Origin: Eledone cirrhosa | Lineage: Eukaryota | DNA length: 64,000 nt | Reading direction: 5' to 3' | Assembly: GCA_964016885.1 (NCBI GenBank) | Contig: OZ024741.1 | Span: 213,962,001 to 214,026,000 of the forward strand | Shown: one piece after another, positions 1 through 13,612 of the stretch | How the letters are laid out: each line of letters starts with the position of its first letter | Position numbering within the stretch: position 1 is the first letter of the stretch | The notes under the pieces: generated by a model | Seen by the model: only the letters and a program-made list of their open reading frames with translations | What the model was told of the DNA's origin: nothing | The model's database searches: none | Position numbers and translations under genes: made by a program

Positions 1-28
1 GAACAACAACAATTGCACTCTACTAACA

Positions 29-770
29 TCATCCGCCACCACCGCCACCACCATTGAACACCGCCATCAGAGACCACTGCCTCCACCCCCCACCATTGCG
101 TTCACCACTAACACCACCACCACTACCTACATCGTCGCCGCCACCACCATCACTAACATCAACACCACCACTATCACCATCGCCGCCACCACCACCACCA
201 CTACCACCACTAACATCAACACCACTACCACTACCACTACCAACATCGCCGCCACCACCACCACCACTAACATCAACACCACCACTACCAACATCGCCGC
301 CGCCACCACCACCACTAACATCAACACCACCACTACCAACATCGCCGCCACCACCACCACCACTAACATCAACACCACCACTACCAACATCGCCGCCGCC
401 ACCACCACCACTAACATCAACACCACCACTACCAACATCGCCGCCACCACTACCACCTCTAACATCAACACCACCACTACCAACATCGCCGCCACCACTA
501 CCACCACTAACATCAACACCACCACCACTACCAACATCGCCGCCACCAACACCATCTCTAACATCGCCACCTCCACCCACACACCCATTCACAACTCCTC
601 TCCCCTCCACAACTACCACTATCAACATGGCCGCCACCACCATCGCTACCATCACCACAACCTCCTCCACGTTCCCCATCACCAATACCACAACCACCAC
701 CACCATTCACAACACCAGCCCCTCACACTACAGTCCACTGACAACTACAACAACAACTACAACAGCTACA
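29..770. repeat. (ACC)n-derived minisatellite (alternating ccaacatcgccgccaccacc / ctaacatcaacaccacc modules)
   Basis: Direct tandem iteration of ACC-rich units; the Pro/Thr and Gly/Val ORFs here are repeat translations. Confidence 0.85.
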
Positions 771-941
771 ACCACGCACACTTCTAGTTCCCCTTATAAT
801 ATGCCATGTATATATGTATTTATATATACACACACGCACACACACACATACATACATACACACGCACGTTGCCGCGCACAGACGCACACACATACACACG
901 CACGCACACATAAATACACACGCACACGCACACACACGTAC

Positions 942-1020
942 ACAATCTGTTCACATCAATGGTTGCTAGGTCCAAAGTAAAATGGTGGACTTCCCCGGGC
1001 ACACCGGCTCCCATGAATGT
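942..1020 (-). CDS. Candidate internal coding exon (79 nt): TFMGAGVPGEVHHFTLDLATIDVNRL
   Basis: Only unique-complexity island between two satellites. Minus strand reads ttcccaacattccag|ACATTC...AGATTGT|gtacgt (pyrimidine-rich AG acceptor, GTACGT donor). Only one of three frames is open. Protein not recognised. Confidence 0.6.
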
Positions 1021-1046
1021 CTGGAATGTTGGGAAAGCGTTAAAAG

Positions 1047-2000
1047 GTGATGGTGGCGGTGAGGGTGTTATAGTGATGGTGGCGGTGAGGGTGTTATAGT
1101 GATGGAGGCGGTGAGGGTATTATAGTGATGGAGGCGGTGAGGGTGTTATAGTGATGGAGGTGATGAGGGTGTTATAGTGATGGTGGCGGTGAGGGTGTTA
1201 TAGTGATGGAGGCGGTGAGGGTGTTATAGTGATGGAGGCGGTGAGGGTGTTATAGTGATGGAGGCGGTGAGGGTATTATAGTGATGGTAGCGGTGAGGGT
1301 ATTATAGTGATGGAGGTGATGAGGGTGTTATAGTGATGGTAGCGGTGAGGGTGTTATAGTGATGGTGGCTGTGAGGGTGTTATAGTGATGGTGGCGGTGA
1401 GGGTGTTATAGGGATGGTAGCGGTGGGGTGTTATAGTGATGGTGGTGGTGGGGCTGTTATAGTGATGGAGGCGGTGAGGGTGTTATAGTGATGGAGGCGG
1501 TGAGTGTGTTATAGTGATGGTGGCGGTGAGGGTGTTATAGTGATGGAGGCGATGAGGGTGTTATAGTGATGGTGGCGGTGAGGGTGTTATAGTGATGGAG
1601 GCGGTGAGGGTGTTATAGTGATGGTGGCGGTGAGGGTGTTATAGTGATGGTGGCGGTGAGGATGTTATAGTGATGGTGGCGGTGAGGGTGTTATAGTGAT
1701 GGTGGCGGTGAGGGTGTTATAGTGATGGTAGCGGTGAGGGTGTTATAGTGATGGTGGCGGTGAGGGTGTTATAGGGATGGTGGCGGTGAGGGTGTTATAG
1801 TGATGGAGGCGGTGAGGGTGTTATAGTGATGGTGGCGGTGAGGGTGTTATAGTGATGGCGGTGGTGAGGGTGTTATAGGGATGGTGGCGGTGAGGGTGTT
1901 ATAGTGATGGAGGCGGTGAGGGTGTTATAGTGATGGTGGCGGTGAGGGTGTTATAGTGATGGTAGCGGTGAGGGTGTTATAGTGATGGTGGCGGTGAGGG
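1047..2000. repeat. 26-bp minisatellite (gtgatggtggcggtgagggtgttata), about 36 copies
   Basis: Directly visible tandem unit. Confidence 0.95.
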
Positions 2001-2381
2001 TGGTGTTTGAGCAGATAGTGGTGGTAGTGGTGTTTGATAGGAAGGGAGATGCTAACGGTGGCGTCGTTGATGATAGCAGAGTGGTGGTGGCGCTGATGTT
2101 GGCAGCGGTTGTGGTGGTGGTGGTGACGGTATTGGTGGTTGCGTTGGTGGTGGTGACGGTATTGATGGTAGTGTTGGTGGCAGTGATGGTGGTTCCCGTG
2201 GTAGCGACCCTGATGTTGTTGGTGATGTGTGGTAGTAGGGGTTGAGAGAATGGTGGTAGTGGCGGTGGAGATAGTAATAGCAGTGGTTGTAGTGGTATGG
2301 GTAGTAGTTAGAGTGGTTGTCCTGGAGTAAAGGATGGTAGTTGTGGTGGTGGGTGTTTGTATTTAGTAGTGGCGGCGGAGA

Positions 2382-2438
<57 letters not shown>

Positions 2439-2644
2439 CGGTTGTAGCATTTGTTCAGGTTGTTTTATGGTGGTGGCGATGGTGGTGGTTGTGATGGTGA
2501 AGTTGTGCATATAGTTAGGGGTACTTTTAATAGTTGTGGTGGTGCTAGTGTTGCGGTCGTTGTATTTGTAGTGGTGTGATAGTGGTGGGGTGATGTTTGT
2601 GATGTGTTAGTCGTGTGGTTTTAGTCGTGTTGAGGTGGCAGTGG

Positions 2645-5375
2645 TGCTGTGGTAGCTGTTGTGGTTGTGGTAGTGATTGTGGTGTCTTGTTCATGTTGTA
2701 GTGGTTGTGGTAGCTGTTGTGGTGGTGGTAGTGATTGTGGTGTCTTGTTCATGTTGTAGTGGTTGTGGTAGCTGTTGTGGTGGTGGTAGTGATTGTGGTG
2801 TCTTGTTCATGTTGTAGTCGTTGTGGTAGCTGTTGTGGTGGTGGTAGTGATTGTGGTGTCTTGTTCATGTTGTAGTGGTTGTGGTAGCTGTTGTGGTTGT
2901 GGTAGTGATTGTGGTGTCTTGTTCATGTTGTAGTGGTTGTGGTAGCTGTTGTGGTGGTGGTAGTGATTGTGGTGTCTTGTTCATGTTGTAGTGATTGTGG
3001 TAGCTGTTGTGGTTGTGGTAGTGATTGTGGTCTCTTGTTCATGTTGTAGTGGTTGTGGTAGCTGTTGTGGTTGTGGTAGTGATTGTGGTGTCTTGTTCAT
3101 GTTGTAGTGGTTGTGGTAGCTGTTGTGGTTGTGGTAGTGATTGTGGTGCTTGTTCATGTTGTAGTGGTTGTGGTAGCTGTTGTGGTGGTGGTAGTGATTG
3201 TGGTGTCTTGTTCATGTTGTAGTCGTTGTGGTAGCTGTTGTGGTGGTGGTAGTGATTGTGGTGTCTTGTTCATGTTGTAGTGGTTGTGGTAGCTGTTGTG
3301 GTGGTGGTAGTGATTGTGGTGCTTGTTCATGTTGTAGTAATTGTGGTAGCTGTTGTGGTGGTGGTGGTAGTGATTGTGGTGTCTTGTTCATGTTGTAGTG
3401 GTTGTGGTAGCTGTTGTGGTGGTGGTAGTGATTGTGGTGTCTTGTTCATGTTGTAGTGGTTGTGGTAGCTGTTGTGGTGGTGGTAGTGATTGTGGTGTCT
3501 TGTTCATGTTGTAGTCGTTGTGGTAGCTGTTGTGGTTGTGGTAGTGATTGTGGTGTCTTGTTCATGTTGTAGTGGTTGTGGTAGCTGTTGTGGTTGTGGT
3601 AGTGATTGTGGTGTCTTGTTCATGTTGTAGTGATTGTGGTAGCTGTTGTGGTTGTGGTAGTGATTGTGGTGTCTTGTTCATGTTGTAGTGATTGTGGTAG
3701 CTGTTGTGGTGGTGGTAGTGATTGTGGTGTCTTGTTCATGTTGTAGTGGTTGTGGTAGCTGTTGTGGTGGTGGTAGTGATTGTGGTGTCTTGTTCATGTT
3801 GTAGTGGTTGTGGTAGCTGTTGTGGTGGTGGTAGTGATTGTGGTGTCTTGTTCATGTTGTAGTCGTTGTGGTAGCTGTTGTGGTTGTGGTAGTGATTGTG
3901 GTGTCTTGTTCATGTTGTAGTGGTTGTGGTAGCTGTTGTGGTTGTGGTAGTGATTGTGGTGTCTTGTTCATGTTGTAGTGGTTGTGGTAGCTGTTGTGGT
4001 GGTGGTAGTGATTGTGGTGTCTTGTTCATGTTGTAGTGATTGTGGTAGCTGTTGTGGTGGTGGTAGTGATTGTGGTGTCTTGTTCATGTTGTAGTGGTTG
4101 TGGTAGCTGTTGTGGTGATGGTAGTGATTGTGGTGTCTTGTTCATGTTGTAGTAATTGTGGTAGCTGTTGTGGTGGTAGTAGTGATTGTGGTGTCTTGTT
4201 CATGTTGTAGTGGTTGTGGTAGCTGTTGTGGTGGTGGTAGTGATTGTGGTGTCTTGTTCATGTTGTAGTCGTTGTGGTAGCTGTTGTGGTTGTGGTAGTG
4301 ATTGTGGTGTCTTGTTCATGTTGTAGTGGTTGTGGTAGCTGTTGTGGTTGTGGTAGTGATTGTGGTGTCTTGTTCATGTTGTAGTGGTTGTGGTAGCTGT
4401 TGTGGTGGTGGTAGTGATTGTGGTGTCTTGTTCATGTTGTAGTGGTTGTGGTAGCTGTTGTGGTGGTGGTAGTGATTGTGGTGTCTTGTTCATGTTGTAG
4501 TAATTGTGGTAGCTGTTGTGGTGGTGGTAGTGATTGTGGTGTCTTGTTCATGTTGTAGTGGTTGTGGTAGCTGTTGTGGTGGTGGTAGTGATTGTGGTGT
4601 CTTGTTCATGTTGTAGTGATTGTGATAGCTGTTGTTATTTGTGGTAGTGATTGTGGTGTCTTGTTCATGTTGTAGTGGTTGTGGTAGCTGTTGTGGTGGT
4701 GGTAGTGATTGTGGTGTCTTGTTCATGTTGTAGTAATTGTGGTAGCTGTTGTGGTGGTGGTAGTGATTGTGGTGTCTTGTTCATGTTGTAGTGGTTGTGG
4801 TAGCTGTTGTGGTGGTGGTAGTGATTGTGGTGTCTTGTTCATGTTGTAGTGATTGTGGTAGCTGTTGTGGTTGTGGTAGTGATTGTGGTGTCTTGTTCAT
4901 GTTGTAGTGATTGTGGTAGCTGTTGTGGTGGTGGTAGTGATTGTGGTGTCTTGTTCATGTTGTAGTAATTGTGGTAGCTGTTGTGGTTGTGGTAGTGATT
5001 GTGGTGTCTTGTTCATGTTGTAGTGATTGTGGTAGCTGTTGTGGTGGTGGTAGTGATTGTGGTGTCTTGTTCATGTTGTAGTGGTTGTGGTAGCTGTTGT
5101 GGTGGTGGTAGTGATTGTGGTGTCTTGTTCATGTTGTAGTGATTGTGGTAGCTGTTGTGGTTGTGGTAGTGATTGTGGTGTCTTGTTCATGTTGTAGTGA
5201 TTGTGGTAGCTGTTGTGGTGGTGGTAGTGATTGTGGTGTCTTGTTCATGTTGTAGTAATTGTGGTAGCTGTTGTGGTTGTGGTAGTGATTGTGGTGTCTT
5301 GTTCATGTTGTAGTGATTGTGGTAGCTGTTGTGGTGGTGGTAGTGATTGTGGTGTCTTGTTAATGTTGTAGTCGT
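2645..5375. repeat. 58-bp minisatellite (tgtggtagctgttgtggtggtggtagtgattgtggtgtcttgttcatgttgtagtggt), about 47 copies
   Basis: Period of 58 checked (tagctg at 2711 and 2769); highly homogeneous. Confidence 0.95.
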
Positions 5376-5807
5376 TGTGGTGTGATAGTAGTGGTGTGCT
5401 AGAAGTGGTCATGCTATTGTGGTAGTTGTAGTCGTGGTGTTCTGGTGAGAGTAGTGTTTTGGAGGTAGTACTGTAGTGGTTGTTGTTCAACTATGATTAA
5501 ACGTGATTTCCAGCCTGAACATCTCATTTATTGTATGTTATTATCCTTCCAATGTGTCTTTCCATTTATTAAAAGCAGTGGAGTTGTTTTGAGGGAGATT
5601 TGGCTGTTATTTCTGTACAGGCTACTTTGTTAGCTCATAGTAGTGTTGATGGTTGTGGCACTGGTAGTGATGGTGTTTGATGGTGGTGATGATGGTGGTG
5701 GTATGGGTGGTCGTCATAGTAGTGAATGCTGTTGTAGTGGCTGTAGTTGATGGTATGGGTGGTCATAGTAGGGTCAATGACAACAGTGTAGCTGGTTGAG
5801 GTACTCG

Positions 5808-7200
5808 TGGTATTGGCGGTTGTGCTGTTTGGTGATGGTAGTGGTGGAGGTGGTTGTGGTATTGGCGGTAGCGGTGGAGGTGGTTGTGATATTGGCGGTT
5901 GTGTTGTTTGGTGACGGTAGTGGTGAAGGTGGTTGTGGTATTGGCGGTTGTGCTGTTTGGTGATGGTAGTGGTGGAGGTGGTTGTGGTATTGGCGGTAGT
6001 GGTGGATGTGGTTGTGGTATTGGCGGTTGTGTTGTTTGGTGACGGTAGTGGTGAAGGTGGTTGTGGTATTGGCGGTTGTGTTGTTTGGTGATGGTAGTGG
6101 TGGAGGTGGTTGTGGTATTGGCGGTTGTGTTGTTTGGTGATGGTAGTGGTGGAGGTGGTTGTGGTATTGGCGGTAGTGGTGGATGTGGTTGTGGTATTGG
6201 CGGTTGTGTTGTTTGGTGATGGTAGTGGTGGAGGTGGTTGTGGTATTGGCGGTTGTGTTGTTTGGTGATGGTAGTGGTGGAGGTGGTTGTGGTATTGGCG
6301 GTAGTGTTGTTTGGTGATGGTAGTGGTGAAGGTGGTTGTGGTATTGGCGGTTGTGCTGTTTGGTGATGGTAGTGGTGGAGGTGGTTGTGGTATTGGCGGT
6401 AGTGGTGGATGTGGTTGTGGTATTGGCGGTTGTGTTGTTTGGTGACGGTAGTGGTGAAGGTGGTTGTGGTATTGGCGGTTGTGTTGTTTGGTGATGGTAG
6501 TGGTGGAGGTGGTTGTGGTATTGGCGGTTGTGTTGTTTGGTGATGGTAGTGGTGGAGGTGGTTGTGGTATTGGCGGTAGTGGTGGATGTGGTTGTGGTAT
6601 TGGCGGTTGTGTTGTTTGGTGATGGTAGTGGTGGAGGTGGTTGTGGTATTGGCGGTTGTGTTGTTTGGTGATGGTAGTGGTGGAGGTGGTTGTGGTATTG
6701 GCGGTAGTGTTGTTTGGTGATGGTAGTGGTGGATGTGGTTGTGGTATTGGCGGTTGTGCTGTTTGGTGATGGTAGTGGTGGATGTGGTTGTGGTATTGGC
6801 GGTTGTGCTGTTTGGTGATGGTAGTGGTGGATGTGGTTGTGGTATTGGCGGTTGTGCTGTTTGGTGATGGTAGTGGTGGATGTGGTTGTGGTATTGGCGG
6901 TTGTGCTGTTTGGTGATGGTAGTGGTGGAGGTGCTTGTGGTATTGGCGGTAGTGGTGGAGGTGGTTGTGGTATTGGCGGTTGTTTTGTTTGGTGATGATA
7001 GTGGTAGATGTGGTTGTGGTATTGGCGGTAGTGGTGGAGGTGGTTGTGGAATTGGCGGTTGTTTTGTTTGGTGATGATAGTGGCGGAGGTAACTGTGGTA
7101 TTGGCGGTTGTGTTGTTTGGTGATGATAGTGGTGGAGGTAACTGTGGTATTGGCGGTTGTGGTGTTTGGAGGTGGTTGTAGTATTGGCTGTGTGGTGGTG
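5808..7200. repeat. 49-bp minisatellite (ggtattggcggttgtgttgtttggtgatggtagtggtggaggtggttgt) with interspersed ~30-bp short variants
   Basis: Directly visible; explains the 568-aa minus-strand ORF that cycles through three repeat frames. Confidence 0.9.
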
Positions 7201-7708
7201 AAGGTGGTTGTAGTATTGGTGGTGGTGGTGGTGAAGGTGGTTGTAGTGGAGGTGGTGGTGTTATTGGTTTGATGATGGTAGTGGTGGGGTGGTTGTAGTA
7301 TTGGTGATTGTGGTGTTTGGTGATGGTAGTGGTGAAGATGGTGGTGGTGGTAGTGGACGCAGATGGTAAGAACGCTAGCAGTGGAGTTAGTGACAGCGGT
7401 GGAGATGGTTGTGGGATGGTTGTGGTGTTTGGTGGTTAGTGGTGATGGTAGTGGTAACGATGGCGTCATAGTAGTGGTTGTAGTTGTGGTGATGTCGATG
7501 GTAATGTTGGTAGTAGTGGAGTTAATGACAGCAGTGTTGCGGGGGGGGGGGTACTGGTGGTAGAGGTGAGTGGTGTTAATGGTAGGGACGATTTAGAGGT
7601 GTTGACAGTGGTGATTGACAAGTGGTGATGGTGGTGGTGGTGGTGGTTATTGGACGGGTTGGTGGTGGCAGTGGTTAATATGGAAGGATTGACAAGTTCT
7701 ATGGCGGC

Positions 7709-7819
7709 TCAACAACAGCAGTGACGACGCCGCCATGATGGAGGAGAGAAGACAATGTCTCCAAATGTTGTTCCTGACGGTCTTTGATCTACTAGACTAG
7801 AGAATGGATGTATCTTTGA
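7709..7819 (-). CDS. Candidate terminal coding exon: SKIHPFSSLVDQRPSGTTFGDIVFSPPSWRRRHCCC*
   Basis: Unique island; minus strand gtcttcctactgctcag|TCAAAG; only phase 0 is open; ends in basic residues plus CCC-stop, resembling a lipidation tail. Confidence 0.4.
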   Translation of the reverse strand, partial: SKIHPFSSLVDQRPSGTTFGDIVFSPPSWRRRHCCC

Positions 7820-7829
7820 CTGAGCAGTA

Positions 7830-7888
7830 GGAAGACACACAGACATAGACAGATAGATTAGACAGACTGTGTTAAACAGTCAGATAGG

Positions 7889-7933
<45 letters not shown>

Positions 7934-8762
7934 TGATAGACAGATAGGAACACACATAAACACACACACACACACACAGACTGTGATAGACAGATAGGAA
8001 CACACATAGACACACATACACACAGACACACACACACACACAGACTGTGGTAGACAGATAGGAACACACATACACACAGACACACACACACACTGTGATA
8101 GACAAATAGGAACACACAGGCACACACACACACATACACAGAGACAGACTGCGATAGACAGTCGCATAGGAATACACACGCATACACACACACACACGGA
8201 GACAGATAGACAGGCCGCGATAAACAGTCGGATATGGACGTAAAACACACATAGACTCTGACACACACACACACACATACATACATACACACACATACAT
8301 ACATACATACACACACATACACGCGCGGACAGACATACAGAGACGATTGGTTAGGGAACCTCACACACAAGCGCACAAACACATATAGACAGACAGATGG
8401 ATAGATAGATAGATAGATAGAGACAGAGAGACAGAGAGATAGAGAGAGACAGATAGATAGAGAGAGACAGATAGAGAGAGAGAGACAGATAGAGAGAGAG
8501 ACAGATAGAGAGAAAGATACAGATAGATAGACAGAGAGAAAGAGAGAGAGACATATATAGAGAGAGATACAGATATATAGACAGATAGAGAGAGAAAGAG
8601 AGACATATATAGAGAGATATACCGATAGATAGACAGATAGAGAGAGAGACATATATAGAGAGAGATACAGATAGATAGACAGATAGAGAGAGAGAGAGAC
8701 ATATATAGAGAGAGATACAGATAGATAGACAGATAGAGAGAGAGAGAGACATATATAGAGAG

Positions 8763-8803
<41 letters not shown>

Positions 8804-8824
8804 GAGAGAGATACAGATATATAG

Positions 8825-8881
<57 letters not shown>

Positions 8882-9120
8882 CAGATATATAGACAAATAT
8901 ATAGAGAGAGAGATAGAGAGAGAGAGACATATATAGAGAGAGATACAGATAGATAGGCAGATAGAGAGAGAGACAGATAGAGAGATAGAGAGAGAGAGAG
9001 ACATACAGATAGATATGTTTCTTTATTAGCCACAGGGGCACAAAAGAAGGGGACAATTACAAAGGGGGACATGATAGATAGATAGAGAGAGAGAGAGACA
9101 GTAAGAGAGGTAGAGAGATT
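7830..9120. repeat. Compound (CA)n / (GA)n / (GATA)n satellite with a cagactgtgatagacagataggaa spacer module
   Basis: Directly visible. Confidence 0.9.
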
Positions 9121-9129
9121 GATTGATAG

Positions 9130-10380
9130 TGATGATGGTTAGAGTGACGATGATGGTGGTGGTGGTGTGGTGGTGGCATGGTTATCAGTGTAGTGGGGGT
9201 GGCATGTGTGACAGTGACGATGGTGGTGGGGATGGGGAAGGTGGCATGGTTGTAAGAGCAGTGGTGGTGGTGGTGGTGGTGTGGTGGTGGTGGTGTGGTG
9301 TGGTGTGGTGGCGATGATAACGGTGTGGTGGTGGTGGTGGTGGTGGTGTGGTGGTGTGGAGGCGATGATGACGGTGTGGTGGTGGTGGTGTGGTGTGGTG
9401 TGGTGGCAATGATGACGGTGTGGTGGTGGTGTGGTGGTGGTCGTGTGGTGTGGTGTGGTGGCAATGATGACGGTGTGGTGGTGGTGGTGTGGTAGTGGTG
9501 TGGTGGTGGTGGTGGTGGTGTCGTGGTGGTGGTGATGGTGGTGGTGTTGGTGGCGTGGTGGTGTTGGTGGCGTGGTGGTGGTGGTGTTGGTGTGGTGTGG
9601 TGTGGTGGCAATGATGATGGTGTCGTGGTGGTGGTGTGGTGGTGGTGTCGTGGTGGTGTGGTGGTGATGGTGGTGGTGTTGGTGGCGTGGTGTGGTGTGG
9701 TGTGGTGGCGTGGTGGTGGTGGTGTTGGTGTGGTGGTGTGGTGGTGATGGTGGTGGTGTGGTGTGGTGTGGTGTGGTGTGGTGGCGATGAAGCCATTGTT
9801 GGTAGCAGTGGATGATGTGTGTTCTTTGGGAGGAAATGATGAGCAGTTCTTAATGAAAAAGGACAGCAATAATGGGAATAATGGCGGCGGTGTTGTGGTA
9901 GTGGTGGTGGTGGTGGGGTGGTGTTGGTGGGGCTGTGACAGTGATGGTGGTGGTGCGAGAAATGGGGGAGTGCGGTGCGAGAAATGGGAGAGAGAGAGAG
10001 AGAGGTTTGACAAAACAACAAAGACAGGAGTGAGATAAAAGATATAAGGCTAGTGTTACGAATGATGGCGGAGGTGGTGTTGGTGGTGGCGGTGGTGATG
10101 TTGTTGTTGGTGGTGGTGGTGGTGGTGGTGGTGTTGTTGGTGGTGGTGGCGTTGGTGGTGGAGGTGGTGATGTTGTTGTTGGTGGTGGAGGTGGTGCAGG
10201 TGGTGATGTTGTTGGTGGTGGTGCTGGTGATGGAGGTGGTGCTGTTGTTGTTGTTGGTGCTGGTGGTGGAGATGGTGATGTTGTTGGTGGTGGAGATAGT
10301 GCTGTTGTTGTTGTTTGTTGTGGTGGTGGTGAAGGTGGTGATGTTGTTGTTGTTGGTGGTGGTGGTGGTGGTATTGGGGG
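9130..10380. repeat. (GGT)n / (GGTGT)n low-complexity repeat
   Basis: Directly visible. Confidence 0.85.
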
Positions 10381-10646
10381 GGGGGGTCGTCGTGGTGGTA
10401 TTAATGCTGATGTGCGTGGATATATAAATATATATATATGTGTGTGTGTGTGTCTATTTACAATATATATATTTATACTTATATATATATATATATATAT
10501 AAATATATATATTGTATATAGATACACACACACATATCTGTATGCACATACATTAAATAAATGTATATATTAATATATATATATATATATAATATATATA
10601 TACATATATATACGTGTGTAAATATATATATATATAAACAAATATA

Positions 10647-10677
<31 letters not shown>

Positions 10678-10802
10678 TTGTTTATATATATATATAAAAT
10701 TATACATACATACATACGCACATGTAGAGGGATGGGGAGCTAGTGTGTCTCTAAATAAGGAAGATATTGGAGAAAACAAAAAGAATGTAGAATTAGATTG
10801 TG

Positions 10803-12430
10803 TTGGTAGTGGTGGTGGTGGTGGTGGTGGTGGTCGCAGCGGTGGTGCTGATAGTGTTGTAGTGGTGGTAGTGGTGATGATGGTGGTGGTGGTGGTGGTG
10901 GTCGTAGCGGTGGTGCTGATAGTGTAGTAGTGGTAGTAGTGGTGATGGTGGTGGTGGTGGTGGTGGTGGTGGTGGTGGTGGTGGTGGTGGTGGTGGTGGT
11001 GGTCGTAGCGGTGGTGCTGATAGTGTAGTAGTGGTGATGGTGGTGGTGGTGGTGGTCGTCGTAGCGGTGGTGCTGATAGTGTTGTAGGTGATGGTGGTGG
11101 TGGTGGTGGTGGTGGTCGTAGCGGTGGTGCTGATAGTGTAGTAGTGGTGGTAGTGGTGATGATGGTGGTGGTGGTGGTGGTGGTCGTAGCGGTGGTGCTG
11201 ATAGTGTAGTAGTGGTAGTAGTGGTGATGGTGGTGGTGGTGGTGGTGGTGGTGGTGGTGGTGGTGGTGGTGGTGGTGGTGGTGGTGGTCGTAGCGGTGGT
11301 GCTGATAGTGTAGTAGTGGTGATGATGGTGGTGGTGGTGGTCGTCGTAGCGGTGGTGCTGATAGTGTTGTAGGTGATGGTGGTGGTGGTGGTGGTGGTGG
11401 TCGTAGCGGTGGTGCTGATAGTGTAGTAGTGGTGGTAGTGGTGATGGTGGTGGTGGTGGTGGTCGTAGCGGTGGTGCTGATAGTGTAGTAGTGGTGGTAG
11501 TGGTGATGGTGGTGGTGGTGGTGATGGTGGTCGTAGCGGTGGTGCTGATAGTGTTGTAGTGGTGATAGTGGTGATGGTGGTGGTGGTGGTGGTGGTCGTC
11601 GTAGCGGTGGTGCTGATAGTGTTGTAGTGGTGGTAGTGGTGGTGGTGGTGGTGGTCGTCGTCGTAGCGGTGGTGCTGATAGTGTTGTAGTGGTGGTAGTG
11701 GTGATGGTGGTGGTGGTGGTGGTGGTGATGGTGGTCGTAGCGGTGGTGCTGATAGTGTTGTAGTGGTGGTAGTGGTGGTGGTGGTGGTCGTCGTCGTCGT
11801 CGTCGTAGCGGTGGTGCTGATAGTGTTGTAGTGGTGGTAGTGGTGATGGTGGTGGTGGTGGTGGTGGTCGTCGTAGCGGTGGTGCTGATAGTGTTGTAGT
11901 GGTGGTAGTGGTGGTGGTGGTGGTGGTGGTGGTGATGGTGGTCGTAGCGGTGGTGCTGATAGTGTAGTAGTGGTGATGGTGGTGGTGGTGGTGGTGGTGG
12001 TGGTCGTAGCGGTGGTGCTGATAGTGTTGTGGTGGTGGTAGTGGTGGTGATGGTGGTGGTGGTGATGGTGGTCGTAGCGGTGGTGCTGATAGTGTTGTAG
12101 TGGTGGTAGTGGTGATGGTGGTGGTGATGGTGGTCGTAGCGGTGGTGCTCATAGTGTAGTAGTGGTGGTGGTGGTGGTCATCGTCGTCGTCGTAGCGGTG
12201 GTGCTGATAGTGTAGTAGTGGTGGTGGTGGTAGTGGTGGTGGTGGTGGTAGCGGTGGTGGTGATAGTGTAGTGCTGGTGGTAGCTGGTGGTCGTAGTGGT
12301 GGTGCTGATAGTGTAGTAGTGGTGGTGGTGGTGGTGGTGGTGAAGTTGGCGGTGTTGATAGTGGTGGAGTTGGCTCTGGTGGTGGTGGTGTTGCTGCTGC
12401 TGTTGGTGGTGGTGGTGGTGGTGGTGGTAG
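10803..12430. repeat. Variable-length minisatellite: constant core ggtcgtagcggtggtgctgatagtg plus variable (GGT)n
   Basis: Core recurs more than 20 times with different GGT run lengths. Confidence 0.9.
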
Positions 12431-12671
12431 TTATATGGGTGGCGGCGAAATGGCAGATTAGAAACGCGCAGAGTTGGTGGGGGAGATCTTGTTGGATGAT
12501 AGATTAATGGTTATTGTATATGGTGGGGCTTAGATGTAGATAGATAGGGGTGTGTGCTTATATCTCATATATAATATATATATATATATATAAACGAGAT
12601 GTGTATATATATATACATATTTCACTATATATATATATATATATATATAGCGGATCTTCAGCTTGTATATG

Positions 12672-12706
<35 letters not shown>

Positions 12707-12784
12707 AATATAGGGAGCCTCCATAGATGGCTGGATATATATATATATACGGGATGTGTGTATATATATATAAATATATATGTG

Positions 12785-12819
<35 letters not shown>

Positions 12820-13368
12820 GTGTAATATAGGGAGCCTCCATAGATGGCTGGATAGATAGAGAGAGAGGTAGCGAGAAACAGAGAAAGGAATGTTAGATCT
12901 AAATACATTATTTCTAAAATGTTTACCCTTTGTGTGTAGGTGTGTGCGAGTGGGTGCGTTCGTGAAAGTGCTTGTGTGTGTATGCGTGTTTAACCATGTA
13001 TCTGTGACGTTAGCATTAATATCTGTTTTCTGTGTGTGTGTGTGTGTGTAGGTGTATGTGTGGGTAAACTTCAAAGGTCGACTACGTCTTTCATGATTCT
13101 AGGGAGAAACGAGCTGGCAAAAAGAAAAAAAAAATGGCTGAATTTGATTTAAACCAGTGAAGTCTTCTTCCTAAATGTGTGACCTTGTGGATATACAACT
13201 CACTAATCTCTTTCTCCCTTTATATCACCCCCCCCCCCTCTCTCTCTATATATATATATATTATTAGAAATGTAAGCTATCGCCGTATTTTGACTAAAGA
13301 AATTAAAGACATTATTTAGCCTGATAGTGGGGTTAAGAACCCTCGGAGAAATGGAAAAAGATGAGTAT

Positions 13369-13440
13369 TGACGTACATGGGAGTCGAGCCCACATCTTTG
13401 GTTATCCGGACCACTGTGCTACCATTTACACCAACACATC
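13369..13440 (-). tRNA. Inverted copy of the tRNA-like cloverleaf
   Basis: Reverse complement of 13541-13612 with T loop CTCGACT and T stem GTGGG/CCCAT. Confidence 0.55.
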
Positions 13441-13540
13441 ACACGTCTTTTTCCATTCAAATTAGAAGCTATAAACGTTTCGAAAATATTCTTACAGTCG
13501 CTAAGTTTATAGCTTCTTGTTTGAATGGAAAAAGACGGGT

Positions 13541-13612
13541 GATGTGTTGGTGTAAATGGTAGCACAGTGGTCCGGATAACCAAAGATGTGGGTTCGACTC
13601 CTATGTACGTCA
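13541..13612 (+). tRNA. tRNA-like 72-nt cloverleaf (pseudo-tRNA; anticodon position GGA but non-canonical loop)
   Basis: Acceptor GATGTGT/GTACGTC+A, D arm GTGT-AAATGGTA-GCAC, anticodon arm (G)TGGT-CCGGATA-ACCA(A), T arm GTGGG-TTCGACT-CCTAT; A and B boxes present; TTTTT follows. C33 and T37 and the lack of a long Ser variable arm argue against a functional tRNA. Confidence 0.6.

Noticed and set aside
54-980. Pro/Thr-rich extensin-like ORF
   Set aside because: Translation of an ACC minisatellite running into a CA microsatellite.
2645-5375. Cys-rich metallothionein/keratin-associated-like ORFs
   Set aside because: The unit is 58 bp, not a multiple of 3, so frames cycle and stop.
13321-13352. 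HHR-like string CTGATAG-GGGGTT-AAG-AACCCT-cgGAGAAA
   Set aside because: Both core segments deviate from consensus and no stem I or III was found.
13541-13612. Functional tRNA-Ser(GGA) gene
   Set aside because: C at position 33, pyrimidine at 37, no long variable arm, several G-U pairs in the acceptor stem, and embedded in a fold-back repeat.
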